A stretch of DNA of 58,889 bases from Deltaproteobacteria bacterium (GCA_019313825.1 JAFDAM010000004.1:1-58889); one strand, 5' to 3'. Numbered from the stretch's first letter, positions 31,162 to 41,038 are shown. Notes: generated by a model from the letters alone, not told the origin. Program-made: numbers and translations.

Positions 31162-32790
31162 TTAATCCTCCTTCTTCCAGTAAGGGTTCATCAGGTCTTC
31201 AAAGATGGCCAGGGCAGCCTCAGAGCCTTGGCCTGCTGCCGTAACGATCTGCTTGAAGCCGCCTTCAACGTCGCCTGCGGAATAGATCCCCGGGATATTG
31301 GTTCTGTGTCTAGAGTCATGCTTGATGAAGCCCTCCGGCGTAATTTCGACACCGATCTTTTTAGCAAGCTCAACAGCAGGCATATAACCTACTGCTATAA
31401 ATATTCCGTCGACATTTAAAGTATATGTCTTATTTGTAACATTATTTAAAAGTTCAACTTCCTCTACCTGTTTATTCCCTCTTATCTCCTTGACTTCAGT
31501 ATTAAGAACAACAGAAATCCCGCTATCCATGATTCTTTTTATTAGGTGTTCCTGAGCCCTCAATTGATCTCTTCTGTGGACAAGAGTTACTTCCACACCG
31601 ATATTATTCAAGTGTAATGCCTCTGTAACTGCGCTATCTCCGCCCCCGACCATTATCACCTTTTTCCCTTTAAACAGCGGACCATCACATGTGCTGCAAT
31701 AGGTTACTCCGTGCCCTGAAAGACGTGTCTCCCCCAGGACATCAAGGGTTCTGTGTCTTGCGCCTGTTGCAAGGAGAACCGCCTTTGCGGAAAAGCGCCT
31801 TCGGGTTGTGACGATTTCAATGGGATCGTCCGTACTGATATCCATGACCTCTTCACCCGGAAAGATCTTTGCGTACTCCAGGGCATGACTCACCATAAGA
31901 TCCACCAGCGCCTTGCCGCCTACCTGTGTGAGGCCCGGGTAGTTCTCGACCACGGGCGTATTCGCCACCTGCCCGCCAAGGGCGTCCTTCTCAATGACCA
32001 CCGCCCTGAGACCGCTGCGCGCGGCATATATGCCGGCGGTCAGCCCTGCAGGACCACCTCCGATTATAACCAGGTCCGTCTCCACCTCGCTGGCGTCGCT
32101 CTCAGGGATAAATACGGTCTGCTGCTCCATCTTCTCCAGGGAGAGCATGAAAAGCTCTTCCTGTTGGGCGCCTACAGCGATAAGTTTTTCATTGGCATAG
32201 ACCTGCGGTACGCTCTGGGCCGAATATCTCTCTGCCAGCTCCGGGTTTGCCTGAACATCGATGATTTCGAGGGAGATCAGATCGGGTCTCTCAATGGCCG
32301 CCTTAAGCCCGTTTACCGCCTGCTGGGGGCAGTAGGGACAAGTAGGGCTCACGAATACCTTGATATGGCGCCGGGAATCGATTTTCTGTAATATCTTCTT
32401 CGACTCCTCGTTCAGATCGGTCCTGCCATATCCCAGCATGGAAATGGCCTCGACAAAGGTCCGTCCCTCTTCACCCATGGGCGCACCCAGCCATCGAATA
32501 CTGTATCGCTCAGGATCAAAGAGCAGGGTGGGAGAATACTCGGCGTTCCATTTCTTTGCCTTTTTATGATTCAGATCAAACTCAAGAAATGTAATCTTAT
32601 CAGTCAACTCCCTTACAGAACGGATCAACTTCCTTGCGGCCTGACTGAAAAGATCGTTTTTCCCGGGGTTTGCCAGGAGTATCAATGGTATCTTATTGGT
32701 AATCCCTTCAAAAAGTCTTATCAGTTCGGCCTGTGCCTGCAGCTCTTGTTCATGATCATGAATGTGCTCCGAATGGTTATGGTCAGCCAT
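31162..32790 (-). CDS. Thioredoxin reductase with N-terminal thioredoxin-fold domains (AhpF-like architecture)
   Basis: CPYC in the N-domain; GGGPAG, CSTCDG, GGGDSA, AGD. Confidence 0.92.
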   Translation of the reverse strand: MADHNHSEHIHDHEQELQAQAELIRLFEGITNKIPLILLANPGKNDLFSQAARKLIRSVRELTDKITFLEFDLNHKKAKKWNAEYSPTLLFDPERYSIRWLGAPMGEEGRTFVEAISMLGYGRTDLNEESKKILQKIDSRRHIKVFVSPTCPYCPQQAVNGLKAAIERPDLISLEIIDVQANPELAERYSAQSVPQVYANEKLIAVGAQQEELFMLSLEKMEQQTVFIPESDASEVETDLVIIGGGPAGLTAGIYAARSGLRAVVIEKDALGGQVANTPVVENYPGLTQVGGKALVDLMVSHALEYAKIFPGEEVMDISTDDPIEIVTTRRRFSAKAVLLATGARHRTLDVLGETRLSGHGVTYCSTCDGPLFKGKKVIMVGGGDSAVTEALHLNNIGVEVTLVHRRDQLRAQEHLIKRIMDSGISVVLNTEVKEIRGNKQVEEVELLNNVTNKTYTLNVDGIFIAVGYMPAVELAKKIGVEITPEGFIKHDSRHRTNIPGIYSAGDVEGGFKQIVTAAGQGSEAALAIFEDLMNPYWKKED

Positions 32791-32908
32791 GTCATCCTCC
32801 TTGATTTCATTTTAAAGGGTTTTAAACCTTGCTGCACTCAGGTAAAAATGTATTTGACCTATGTCCTATAGTTACGGAAACATTTAGTATTGCAGTAGGG
32901 ACGATATC

Positions 32909-33241
32909 TTAAAAAATGATCTTTTCAGGCGGTCTCCTCTCCGGTACATACTCATGGGGAATTTTATCTTCATTCCACTCCTTTGAGACATATAGGTTAC
33001 AATAGCAGCTGCCATACTCCTTTACATCTTCTTCCCGGTATATGCAGGGACAGATGACGTCCACATCAATATTGCGGTCCGATGCAAGCCTGCACGGACA
33101 GCACATATAGCCGTAACGCTCTTTATTCAGGAGAAGCCCTTCTATAAGTTCAAAGACCATTTCTTTATTTTTATTGAAATAATAACCTTTCGGTTCATGG
33201 ACCTTCCTTAGCATCTCGTATAATTCTTCCGCTTTACTCAT
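32909..33241 (-). CDS. Ferredoxin:thioredoxin reductase catalytic subunit family
   Basis: CPCR, CPC, CYC. Confidence 0.93.
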   Translation of the reverse strand: MSKAEELYEMLRKVHEPKGYYFNKNKEMVFELIEGLLLNKERYGYMCCPCRLASDRNIDVDVICPCIYREEDVKEYGSCYCNLYVSKEWNEDKIPHEYVPERRPPEKIIF

Positions 33242-33492
33242 AGTCCAAGGGCCTCCTTTATCTCATTTTCCTTATAACCCACTATTACCTTGTCTCCGAT
33301 GGATATGGTCGGAAAAGAGGAACGCGGATTCAATTTCTTAACTTCTTCAAGTGTGGCCTTCCTCTCTTCTCCTTTAAGCAGGTCTACGTCAGTGAATTCG
33401 TACTCTATGTTGTGTTTATCCAGAAGCTTCTTTACTGACTTACAGTGACTGCAGGTACTAAGAGTATAAATCTTAACCTCCTTTTCCATCAT
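33238..33492 (-). CDS. Glutaredoxin/NrdH-like redoxin
   Basis: TLSTCSHC, SFPT, VIVG. Confidence 0.92.
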   Translation of the reverse strand: MMEKEVKIYTLSTCSHCKSVKKLLDKHNIEYEFTDVDLLKGEERKATLEEVKKLNPRSSFPTISIGDKVIVGYKENEIKEALGL

Positions 33493-34456
33493 CCTCCTCC
33501 TTGATTAACTTCAAGACCTTCTCCTCTATCTGGTCCCTGATTCGCCGCATAAAATCGATAGACTTCCCTGCCGGGTCAGGCAGGTCCCAATCCTCCTTTA
33601 CAGCTCCCGGGACATGGGGACATTCACCTCCGCAGCCCATGGATGCTATAAAAGCGGGATCTCCTGTTGAAATTGCCTCATCAATGGATTTTGGTTTTCG
33701 AAAGGCCATGTCTATGCCCTTCTCCATCATTACTTCTTCCATGATAGGATTAATCTCCTTAGCAGGTCTGCTCCCCGCGCTTTCCACTTCCAGCTTGTCA
33801 CCCGCGTACTGCTGAGCAAAGGCGCTTGCCATCTGGCTGCGGCAGGCGTTTTCTTCGCATATAAAGAGCTCCTTCTTTCTGTTCAGATATGGAGTCACCA
33901 TTGACCCGGCCTTTTCCCTTACGTCGGAGATGGCCGTAGGATGCTTCAGTATATCCTCTGGACCCTCAAGACGCCTGTATCCGAGACTTCCTTCAAAACT
34001 CGCTCCCACAGCATCAAAAAAATACTTTGCCGTCAGGGTTGTGCCCTCAAATAGATTCTTTCCCTTGGTCGCCCCGAGTGCCAGTAAAATGCCGTGCCGC
34101 CACTTTCGACCTGGATCAGAAAGGTTGTGCGTATATCTCCTGGCCCACAGGGCCTGGGACCTGTCAATGCACGCCTTTAACTGCGCAGTGGGGCCATAAA
34201 AGAAGATCGGGGTTGCCATGATGATGATCTCAGCCCTGCGAAGCAGGGGATAGATCTGCTGCATATCATCATCTATGGGGCAGTAACCTTTATCATCGCA
34301 TACACCACACTCCAGGCAAGGGGATATATTCATCTTCGCCACATCAAGCCGTTGCGTACGCGCTCCAAGTCTTTCAGCCTCTGACAGGAACTCCGAGAGA
34401 AGAGTGCTTGTGTTTCCTTTGTCTCGCGGGCTACCCTGTAATCCAATGACGAACAT
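33473..34456 (-). CDS. Iron-sulfur flavoprotein (Isf/FMN reductase) fused to an ArsC/LMW-PTP domain
   Basis: GSPR..GNT, CLECGVC..C, TPIFF; C-domain CEENACRSQMA, SAG, GCGGECP, WDLPDP. Confidence 0.88.
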   Translation of the reverse strand: MFVIGLQGSPRDKGNTSTLLSEFLSEAERLGARTQRLDVAKMNISPCLECGVCDDKGYCPIDDDMQQIYPLLRRAEIIIMATPIFFYGPTAQLKACIDRSQALWARRYTHNLSDPGRKWRHGILLALGATKGKNLFEGTTLTAKYFFDAVGASFEGSLGYRRLEGPEDILKHPTAISDVREKAGSMVTPYLNRKKELFICEENACRSQMASAFAQQYAGDKLEVESAGSRPAKEINPIMEEVMMEKGIDMAFRKPKSIDEAISTGDPAFIASMGCGGECPHVPGAVKEDWDLPDPAGKSIDFMRRIRDQIEEKVLKLIKEEDDGKGG

Positions 34457-34489
34457 ATAGATATCACCTCTCCTGTCTGCTTTTAAAGT

Positions 34490-35293
34490 TCATATTCCCT
34501 GAACGGAAACCGAAAAAATTTCGGGAATCGATACAGCTTCCTCATGATTGAAATTGTTCCTTATTATTCCTATATGAGAGAGACCCCAATCGTACTTGAC
34601 TGGGTCATCCTCAGAATACTCTCTCAAATTGTCCGTTATCTCCGTTGCGGCACCCAATGAGGCACTCCTTTTTGATGTAAGTCCCAGGGCCCTTGAAACC
34701 TGGAAAATATGCGTGTCAAGGGGGATAACAAGCTCATTACGGCTTATAAAATTCCATAGGCCCAGATCTATATTGTCCTCTCTCACCATCCATCTGAAGA
34801 ACATGAAGAGCCTTTTACAAGGGGACTTCTTCAGTGAAGAAGGGATCAGATAGTTTGACCTTTGAAATCGCTCCATGAACTCTTCCATGACTTCCAGGAG
34901 GTGTCTCTGTTTATATCTCTGCTCAATAAATTCGCCCAATGAGCCATGTTCTTCTATGATCTCCTTTGCGGAAAAAAGCAGATGAAAGGCATCAATCCCC
35001 TTAACAAATCTGTACTTAAAGGAAAGCAATTCCCTTTCCGGCTTCTTTCTCAGCCTTGCAACGTATTTCAGGGGCTTGCCATCCATGATACACAGCAAGG
35101 AATCCATGGCCTTAAATATCTGCGACACCCGGCCAAAGGAGAGAGATGACGCGATCAGACCGGCAAGCTCCCTCTCTATCCTGTCTTTAAATCTGTATAC
35201 ATATTTTATGGGGTCGTACCGGATGTATCCGGGGTTATTATAAACCCTGTACAGGGCATCCAGATCTTCCTTGAGATTCTTTCCTTGAGACAT
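34490..35293 (-). CDS. TIGR02757/DUF2400 family HhH-GPD-like protein
   Basis: DPI, SPCKRLFMFFRWMVR..IDLGLW, IPLDTH, DDPVKYD. Confidence 0.88.
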   Translation of the reverse strand: MSQGKNLKEDLDALYRVYNNPGYIRYDPIKYVYRFKDRIERELAGLIASSLSFGRVSQIFKAMDSLLCIMDGKPLKYVARLRKKPERELLSFKYRFVKGIDAFHLLFSAKEIIEEHGSLGEFIEQRYKQRHLLEVMEEFMERFQRSNYLIPSSLKKSPCKRLFMFFRWMVREDNIDLGLWNFISRNELVIPLDTHIFQVSRALGLTSKRSASLGAATEITDNLREYSEDDPVKYDWGLSHIGIIRNNFNHEEAVSIPEIFSVSVQGI

Positions 35294-35300
35294 CAATGTC

Positions 35301-35993
35301 CTACCTTCCAATGCGTCTTAACGCCTCCGCGGCCATATCCTTCACCCGGAGATTAACTAATCTGCCATCCATGAATACCTGGATCTCGGCCTCGGCCCCT
35401 GTTAACGTTTCCAGTCTGGAACTCGCATCCTCCGTTCCAAGCAGGCCCATAATCCAGCCGGCAAGGCCTCTGACCGTGGCATCCGACGATTCAAGATAGG
35501 GCGTAATATATGGAACAGACCCCTTAATAAGTTCAGGATTTACCTGGGCCAGTCGCCCGATCCCCCAGAGCACTCCCCGCTGCATGATTTCATTTTCCTG
35601 ATAGTTTCCGTCTTTCCTTGCATAGGAGACGAGTATCTTTGAGTATTCCCCTGCCAGGGCATTGCTGTTTGCCAGTATCTCTCCCATGGCCTCGGGAGAA
35701 CCCCACCCGATCCCGCCTGACTCATCGTTCAGGTTCCACATGAGCCGCCGTATGATCACACGGGCTGATTCAATATCTTCACGGGCGAGCCTCGCGACAA
35801 CCGCCCCCATGGCCATAACCGCCCTCCACTTGATTTCCAAGTCACCGCCATAGAGGAGTGGGAAGAGGGAATTGATCACCTGGCGCAAGGGAAGTCGGCA
35901 TAAATCCTCTATTGCGGATTCAACATCCTTGGAGTTTAGTATTTCATATGCCTTGCGCTTAATGGACCTGCCTGGCAGCGTTTTAGTACTCAC
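35301..35993 (-). CDS. HEAT-repeat protein (DVU0298-like)
   Basis: RRLMWNLNDESGGIGWGSPEAMGEI. Confidence 0.85.
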   Translation of the reverse strand: MSTKTLPGRSIKRKAYEILNSKDVESAIEDLCRLPLRQVINSLFPLLYGGDLEIKWRAVMAMGAVVARLAREDIESARVIIRRLMWNLNDESGGIGWGSPEAMGEILANSNALAGEYSKILVSYARKDGNYQENEIMQRGVLWGIGRLAQVNPELIKGSVPYITPYLESSDATVRGLAGWIMGLLGTEDASSRLETLTGAEAEIQVFMDGRLVNLRVKDMAAEALRRIGR

Positions 35994-36006
35994 ATCTCTT
36001 CCCTGT

Positions 36007-36207
36007 TCAAGGAACTTCCTCCCGGGTTATACAATCGGCCGGGCAAATACTTATCGCCTCCAGGATTTCACTTTCCGGGTATTCTGGAAGTTCCACTACC
36101 TCTATCAAACCAGTTTCATTGTTTCTCCGAAAGACGGTGGGGCTGATGACAAGGCATGACTCACATTCACTACATTGACTCATGTCTACTACAGGGACCG
36201 TCGGCAT
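36007..36207 (-). CDS. Ferredoxin (single cluster)
   Basis: CSECESC ... CPADCI. Confidence 0.85.
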   Translation of the reverse strand: MPTVPVVDMSQCSECESCLVISPTVFRRNNETGLIEVVELPEYPESEILEAISICPADCITREEVP

Positions 36208-36458
36208 CTCAGCTTTGCTCTCTTCCACTCAGAATACTGTCCGTAGGTAAAACTTGTTCCCAGCTGAGAGCGGTACTCCTTCAGCTCGTCTTCCCTGCAC
36301 AGGCGACATCGGTTCTTGCCGCAGGTCTGGCAGTAGAGGCAGTCCGGGCACTTGGTCTTTCTTTGGTTCTCAGACGCTATCAGGTGCCTTCCAGACTTCT
36401 TATATAACGCAACTAATCTACTTGGGTAATTTCTTGGCGATTTTCTTCCCGAGCTCAT
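36189..36458 (-). CDS. Small Cys-rich protein; start uncertain
   Basis: CPDCLYCQTC-x4-CRLC; fills the gap between fprA and the ferredoxin. Confidence 0.55.
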   Translation of the reverse strand: MSSGRKSPRNYPSRLVALYKKSGRHLIASENQRKTKCPDCLYCQTCGKNRCRLCREDELKEYRSQLGTSFTYGQYSEWKRAKLRCRRSL

Positions 36459-37602
36459 AACACGCCTCTATCCCTGTTTCATCAGGCACATACTGTATTT
36501 TTACGCCCGGGTCCACGACCTCGAACTTCATCTCCTCCAACTCCCTGTTGATCAGCTTGACGGATTCACCGCTCCAGCCGTATGAGCCGAAGGCTGCGCC
36601 GATCTTGTTTATGGGTTTGAGCCCCTTCATGTAAGTAAGAAAATCGGCGACAGTAGGGAAGAGGCCGTTATTAAGGGTGGGAGAACCTACAATGATCGCT
36701 CCCGCATCCAGGACCTCTGTAATAATATCGCTTCGGTGACAGTTCCTCAGGTGCATGGGCTTTGCATCCACCCCCTCTTCGCCAAGGGCGTCAACGATGG
36801 CATTGCTCATCTTTTCCGTGCTATGCCACATGGTATCATAGACGACCAGGGCCTTTCTCTTGGGCTCCTGACTCGCCCATTCCACATAGGCTTTGATAAT
36901 CTTGGAGGGGTCCTCGCGCCAGATAATACCGTGATCCGGGCAGATCATATCGAGTTTAAGTCCCATCTCGGTAACCTTGTCCACCAGTTTAAGTATCAAG
37001 GGAGAGTGGGGGAGGAGAATATTGGCAAAGTATTTCTTGGCATGATACATGATCTCTTCGCCGATCTGGTCGTCAAACCTCTCAAGACCTGCATAGTGCT
37101 GGCCGAACGCGTCACTGGAAAAGAGTATCCTGTCTTCCTTGAGATAGGAGAACATGCTGTCGGGCCAGTGAAGCATCCTTGTCTCTAAAAAGGTGAGGGT
37201 CCACTTACCCAGGCTCAGTTCACCGCCGTTAGCTACCGGCTGATAGTTCCACTTCCGTGGGAAATGTTTTAAGAGGTTCTTATGTCCCATCTTTGAGCAG
37301 TATAGAGGCTTATCTTCCCCTATCCTGTGCATCACCCTTGCAAGACCGCCTGAGTGGTCCATCTCCGTATGGTTGCTGATAACATAATCGATCTTTTTGG
37401 GATCAACGATCTGAGATATATTATCGATAAGCTCATCCGCGAACTCCCGTTTAACCGTATCGATAAGGGCGATCTTTTCATCCACCAGGAGATAGGCATT
37501 ATATGTGGTGCCCTCTTTGGTGGAGTAGCCGTGAAAATCCCTTATGTTCCAGTCTATAGCCCCTACCTCGTAAATTCCCTTTGCGATCTCTATTGGTCTC
37601 AT
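36418..37602 (-). CDS. fprA: Flavodiiron protein (rubredoxin:oxygen/NO oxidoreductase)
   Basis: GTTYNAY, HTEMDHSG, HWPDSM, SDAFGQH, PDHG, flavodoxin domain FGSYGWSG. Confidence 0.95.
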   Translation of the reverse strand: MRPIEIAKGIYEVGAIDWNIRDFHGYSTKEGTTYNAYLLVDEKIALIDTVKREFADELIDNISQIVDPKKIDYVISNHTEMDHSGGLARVMHRIGEDKPLYCSKMGHKNLLKHFPRKWNYQPVANGGELSLGKWTLTFLETRMLHWPDSMFSYLKEDRILFSSDAFGQHYAGLERFDDQIGEEIMYHAKKYFANILLPHSPLILKLVDKVTEMGLKLDMICPDHGIIWREDPSKIIKAYVEWASQEPKRKALVVYDTMWHSTEKMSNAIVDALGEEGVDAKPMHLRNCHRSDIITEVLDAGAIIVGSPTLNNGLFPTVADFLTYMKGLKPINKIGAAFGSYGWSGESVKLINRELEEMKFEVVDPGVKIQYVPDETGIEACYELGKKIAKKLPK

Positions 37603-37666
37603 ATCTCTTTCCTTTCATCTCTTCACAACTGGTTTTCCAAGAGAAACCGGAATTGGCTTATTAAGT

Positions 37667-38737
37667 TCAACTAGTGGGCATGGTAATTTTAAAGACTGTA
37701 CCTTCTCCTTCTTTGCTTTCAAAATTGAAGGTGCTCCCTTTGTGTTCTTCAATAATACTCCTGGAGATACTCAGGCCAAGGCCTGTGCCATGACTCTTTG
37801 TAGTAAAAAAGGGAGTAAATATCTCTTTCTGGTCCGCTTCAGAGATACCACATCCATCATCGGCTATAGTAGTTTCGGCCATACCATTGTTTAATTGCGC
37901 CCGAATAGAAAGATTGCCCCCATTCTCCATGGCCTCAATGGAGTTTTTTTCAAGATTCAGGAAGACCTGCTTTAACCTGTCCCTGTCCCCTTTAATAATT
38001 AAGGGCTCTTTGCCTGTTTTAAACTCGATCCGAATATCTTTTTTTTCAGCATCATGTTTTACCAGTGAATAGACCTCCTTGAGCAAAAGATTAATATCCA
38101 TCTCTTCATAGGTCAGACGCCTTGGCATATAAAACTCCTTCAAATCTTGAAGAAGGCTTTCAAGTCTCTGTACCTCATCAGCTATGACACTCAATTTTTT
38201 TCGACTTTTTTCATCCTTGGCCTGTCGGATCAACTGACGCGCGAATCCTCCGATCATCATGAGCGGGTTTTTTATCTCATGTGTTATCTCAGGTACAACC
38301 TGACAGATAGCCGCGAGACGCTCCGATCTCTTTATCTGCTCCTCCAGGGCCTTGGCTTCTGTCAGATCTCTGATGATGCCCGTAAAGAATAGTTCTCCAT
38401 TCACCTCAGATACGGAAAAGGAGATATCCGCGGGAAACCTCTCCCCGTTCTTCCTGGTGGCCATGATCTCAGTAGCGTGGCCGATACGTGTTGGAGTTCT
38501 CGTCTCTATATAGCGCTCAACCGCTATCCGATGATCCCGGCTGCAGCCGGGTGCCATGATCACATCAAGGTCATGGCCTAACACTTCATCCCGGCTGTAG
38601 CCGAAAATCTTTTCAGCGGCCTTATTGAAGAACAGGACTTTGTGGTTTTTATCAATGGTTACAAAGGCTTCGTTCGTGTTTTCAACAGCGCCTTTTAGAA
38701 GCTCCAGATCCATGTTTTCTATGGGATGTCGGCTCAT
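37667..38737 (-). CDS. PAS sensor histidine kinase (FixL-like PAS)
   Basis: FNKAAEKIFGY PAS, HEIKNPL H-box, DDGCG, PFFTTK, GTGLGL. Confidence 0.92.
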   Translation of the reverse strand: MSRHPIENMDLELLKGAVENTNEAFVTIDKNHKVLFFNKAAEKIFGYSRDEVLGHDLDVIMAPGCSRDHRIAVERYIETRTPTRIGHATEIMATRKNGERFPADISFSVSEVNGELFFTGIIRDLTEAKALEEQIKRSERLAAICQVVPEITHEIKNPLMMIGGFARQLIRQAKDEKSRKKLSVIADEVQRLESLLQDLKEFYMPRRLTYEEMDINLLLKEVYSLVKHDAEKKDIRIEFKTGKEPLIIKGDRDRLKQVFLNLEKNSIEAMENGGNLSIRAQLNNGMAETTIADDGCGISEADQKEIFTPFFTTKSHGTGLGLSISRSIIEEHKGSTFNFESKEGEGTVFKITMPTS

Positions 38738-38747
38738 CTACCCACAC

Positions 38748-38909
38748 TTATTCTACTTTCTCAAACTGGTCTTTTGATGCGCCACAGACGGGGCATACAT
38801 AGTCATCAGGGAGATCCTCAAACGGTACCCCGGGATCTATGTCGTTATCAGGGTCACCATCTTCAGGGTCATATATCCAACCGCAAACCGTGCATTCATA
38901 TTTGTCCAT
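38748..38909 (-). CDS. rub: Rubredoxin (absent from the ORF track)
   Basis: [53 protein letters not shown]; SD AAGGAGG. Confidence 0.96.
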   Translation of the reverse strand: MDKYECTVCGWIYDPEDGDPDNDIDPGVPFEDLPDDYVCPVCGASKDQFEKVE

Positions 38910-39134
38910 TATTTATCCTCCTTATTTTATCTGTTGTCATACCAGCATAACGTTTCCTCTAAAAAGGGACCTGTTCAGATTATACCAATCTCGCTCACAT
39001 TGCAATGATCTGCATCCTTGCTTAAACTTGCAGTTCACTACAAGACAAATACTCTCAGGATCGTACTTAGAAGCAGAAGGTTTTTCTTTCGACCAACTCC
39101 CGTCACGCTAATCTACACACTCGTATTAAGCCTT

Positions 39135-39497
39135 TTTATTGTAACTTGAAAACCACGTCTTAGAACGTGGTCAGAGAAAATTGGCTCTGCCTGAAAAGGG
39201 CAATCTATCCGGCGATGACTATCTCTTCAAGACGATATCTACTACCTTTTGAGGAAGTGGCCAAATATTTGGGCTTTACCAAGTCTATTGCAGATTCCAA
39301 AGGATTCAGAGGCATAAAACCCAAATATTTGACCACTGCAGAGTCAAGTGGAATTCTAAAAAGATATCGTCTTGAAGAGACAGCCATCGCCTCCATGAGT
39401 ATTGATTACGAATCGAAATACCCCTATGGATGAAAAAAGGCCACGTCCTTCTCCCGCCAAATTTGGCGGGAATATTCGATGGGAGTGGATTCTTTAC
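39135..39497 (+). mobile_element. Hairpin-ended element, family B copy 2, with a 181-nt rod-like stem-loop
   Basis: Homology blocks with 15174-15507; nested inverted repeats 39211-39240/39362-39391 and 39257-39278/39315-39336. Confidence 0.75.
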
Positions 39498-39498
39498 C

Positions 39499-39687
39499 CT
39501 AAACTCCGGCGTCTAGCCTGCACTGGGTAAAATCGATCTCTTTCCCGCATCCATCGCATTTATGAGCCCTGTCAAATTCATCTGAGAAGATCTCTTTCTC
39601 CTTCCCGCATTCAGGGCAATTGCAGATGAATGATTTCAGGTTCTTATTGCTTTCAAAGCCGGGACAATGTTGTGGTGTTGTCGTCAT
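39499..39687 (-). CDS. Small zinc-ribbon-like protein
   Basis: QHCPGFE..CPEC..EIFSDE..CDGC; SD AGAGGAG. Confidence 0.8.
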   Translation of the reverse strand: MTTTPQHCPGFESNKNLKSFICNCPECGKEKEIFSDEFDRAHKCDGCGKEIDFTQCRLDAGV

Positions 39688-39832
39688 AATTTATCTCCTC
39701 TATCTCAAGATTCGTGTCTCATTGATCGGTTACCTTTTTCCCTCCCTATTATTTTTAACCTGCTGCTGCGTCGGCAGGTGGTGTGAACACCCGTTGCCCA
39801 AGCTCCTGATCCAGCATGCTTTAATCATGTAT

Positions 39833-40207
39833 CTATCCTTTCCAGAGTCCGTGAAGGTTGCAGTACTCACGCGCAGTAACCTGATCAGCATCGATTTGAA
39901 AGGTCGCTTCAGGTGCATCTCCCGGTTTGAGGAACCGGCGATAGGCCTTGCCGTCCGCAATAATCTCAATCCACTCTATAAGGTGATCATCACCCATGGG
40001 ATGGGCCACGCTTCCCACCTTGACCTTGAAGCCGTCTGCTGTCTTTTCCACCACAGGCACATGCTTCTCCTTGGCGGCATCTACCGTGTTCTCTTTAAAA
40101 AGCTTCATGGGCTGACCGCAGCAGACAAGCTCTCCTGCGCCGGCATGTACTACTTCAACTATATTGCCGCAGACTTCGCATTTATATATCTCTAATCTCT
40201 CTGTCAT
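39833..40207 (-). CDS. dfx: Desulfoferrodoxin (superoxide reductase)
   Basis: CEVCGN..CCG, EKHVP, HPM..H.IEWI, CNLHG. Confidence 0.96.
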   Translation of the reverse strand: MTERLEIYKCEVCGNIVEVVHAGAGELVCCGQPMKLFKENTVDAAKEKHVPVVEKTADGFKVKVGSVAHPMGDDHLIEWIEIIADGKAYRRFLKPGDAPEATFQIDADQVTAREYCNLHGLWKG

Positions 40208-40307
40208 TTTCATTCCCCCCTCTTTTTGAATTGATTATTTTAGTTCTTCTCAACACATCTATCGAATCCTTGACCCCTTGACTCCTCGAATCCTCAATTT
40301 TTGGTCT

Positions 40308-40883
40308 CTAGTAGTTCTCGCCCAGGAGTTCGAAATACTCCTGTGGATGCGCACATGCCGGACACTCGTTGAGCGCCTCATTTCCTGAATGGAGGTAGCC
40401 GCAGTTTCTACACTGCCATGTCACCTCAGTATCCCTCTTAAAGACACGACCCGCCTCGATATTCGCGGCAAGATCCTTGTAGCGTTTTTCATGCTGCTTC
40501 TCCGCAATCGCGATAGCCTCGAAAACTGCCGCGATTGTATTGAACCCCTCTTCATTTGCTGTTTTGGCAAAGTCCGGATACATCTCTGTGTACTCATAGT
40601 TCTCGCCGGCAGCCGCCTCCTTGAGATTATCAATGGTATCTCCTATCACGCCCGCGGGAAATGCCGCTGTGATCTCCAGTTCCCCTCCTTCAAGGAACTT
40701 GAAGAGTCGTTTGGCATGCTCCTTCTCCTGGTTTGCGGTCTCCTCAAAGATCGCAGAGATCTGCCTGTAGCCATCCTTTCTGGCCTTGCTTGCAAAATAG
40801 GTGTAACGGTTACGTGCCTGTGATTCCCCGGCAAATGCCTTTAATAGGTTTTTCTCTGTCTCGCTTCCCTTTAGATTGCTCAT
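40308..40883 (-). CDS. rbr: Rubrerythrin
   Basis: [31 protein letters not shown]. Confidence 0.96.
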   Translation of the reverse strand: MSNLKGSETEKNLLKAFAGESQARNRYTYFASKARKDGYRQISAIFEETANQEKEHAKRLFKFLEGGELEITAAFPAGVIGDTIDNLKEAAAGENYEYTEMYPDFAKTANEEGFNTIAAVFEAIAIAEKQHEKRYKDLAANIEAGRVFKRDTEVTWQCRNCGYLHSGNEALNECPACAHPQEYFELLGENY

Positions 40884-40924
40884 TGTATTCCTCCTTTTCT
40901 GAATATCTATTTTTTCTCCTTTTT

Positions 40925-41020
40925 CTAAAATGCCTTTTTACTGCCGCATTCGGGGCACTTCTGAGGCTTACGCCGGCTTTCTTTTTCGTGACCGCATTTT
41001 TTACACCGAAAAGTTGCCAT
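40925..41020 (-). CDS. 31-aa RCKP-type rubredoxin-like microprotein (absent from the ORF track)
   Basis: [31 protein letters not shown]; AAGGAG upstream. Confidence 0.72.
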   Translation of the reverse strand: MATFRCKKCGHEKESRRKPQKCPECGSKKAF

Positions 41021-41038
41021 CTCCTTTAACTCCTTTCC

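Noticed and set aside
39211-39391. 6S RNA (similar size, rod with central bubble)
   Set aside because: Embedded in a repeated hairpin-ended element, stems unusually perfect, and no typical 6S gene context; not called without an Rfam search
39167-39433. 88-aa ORF and the antisense 63-aa ORF
   Set aside because: By-products of the palindromic element
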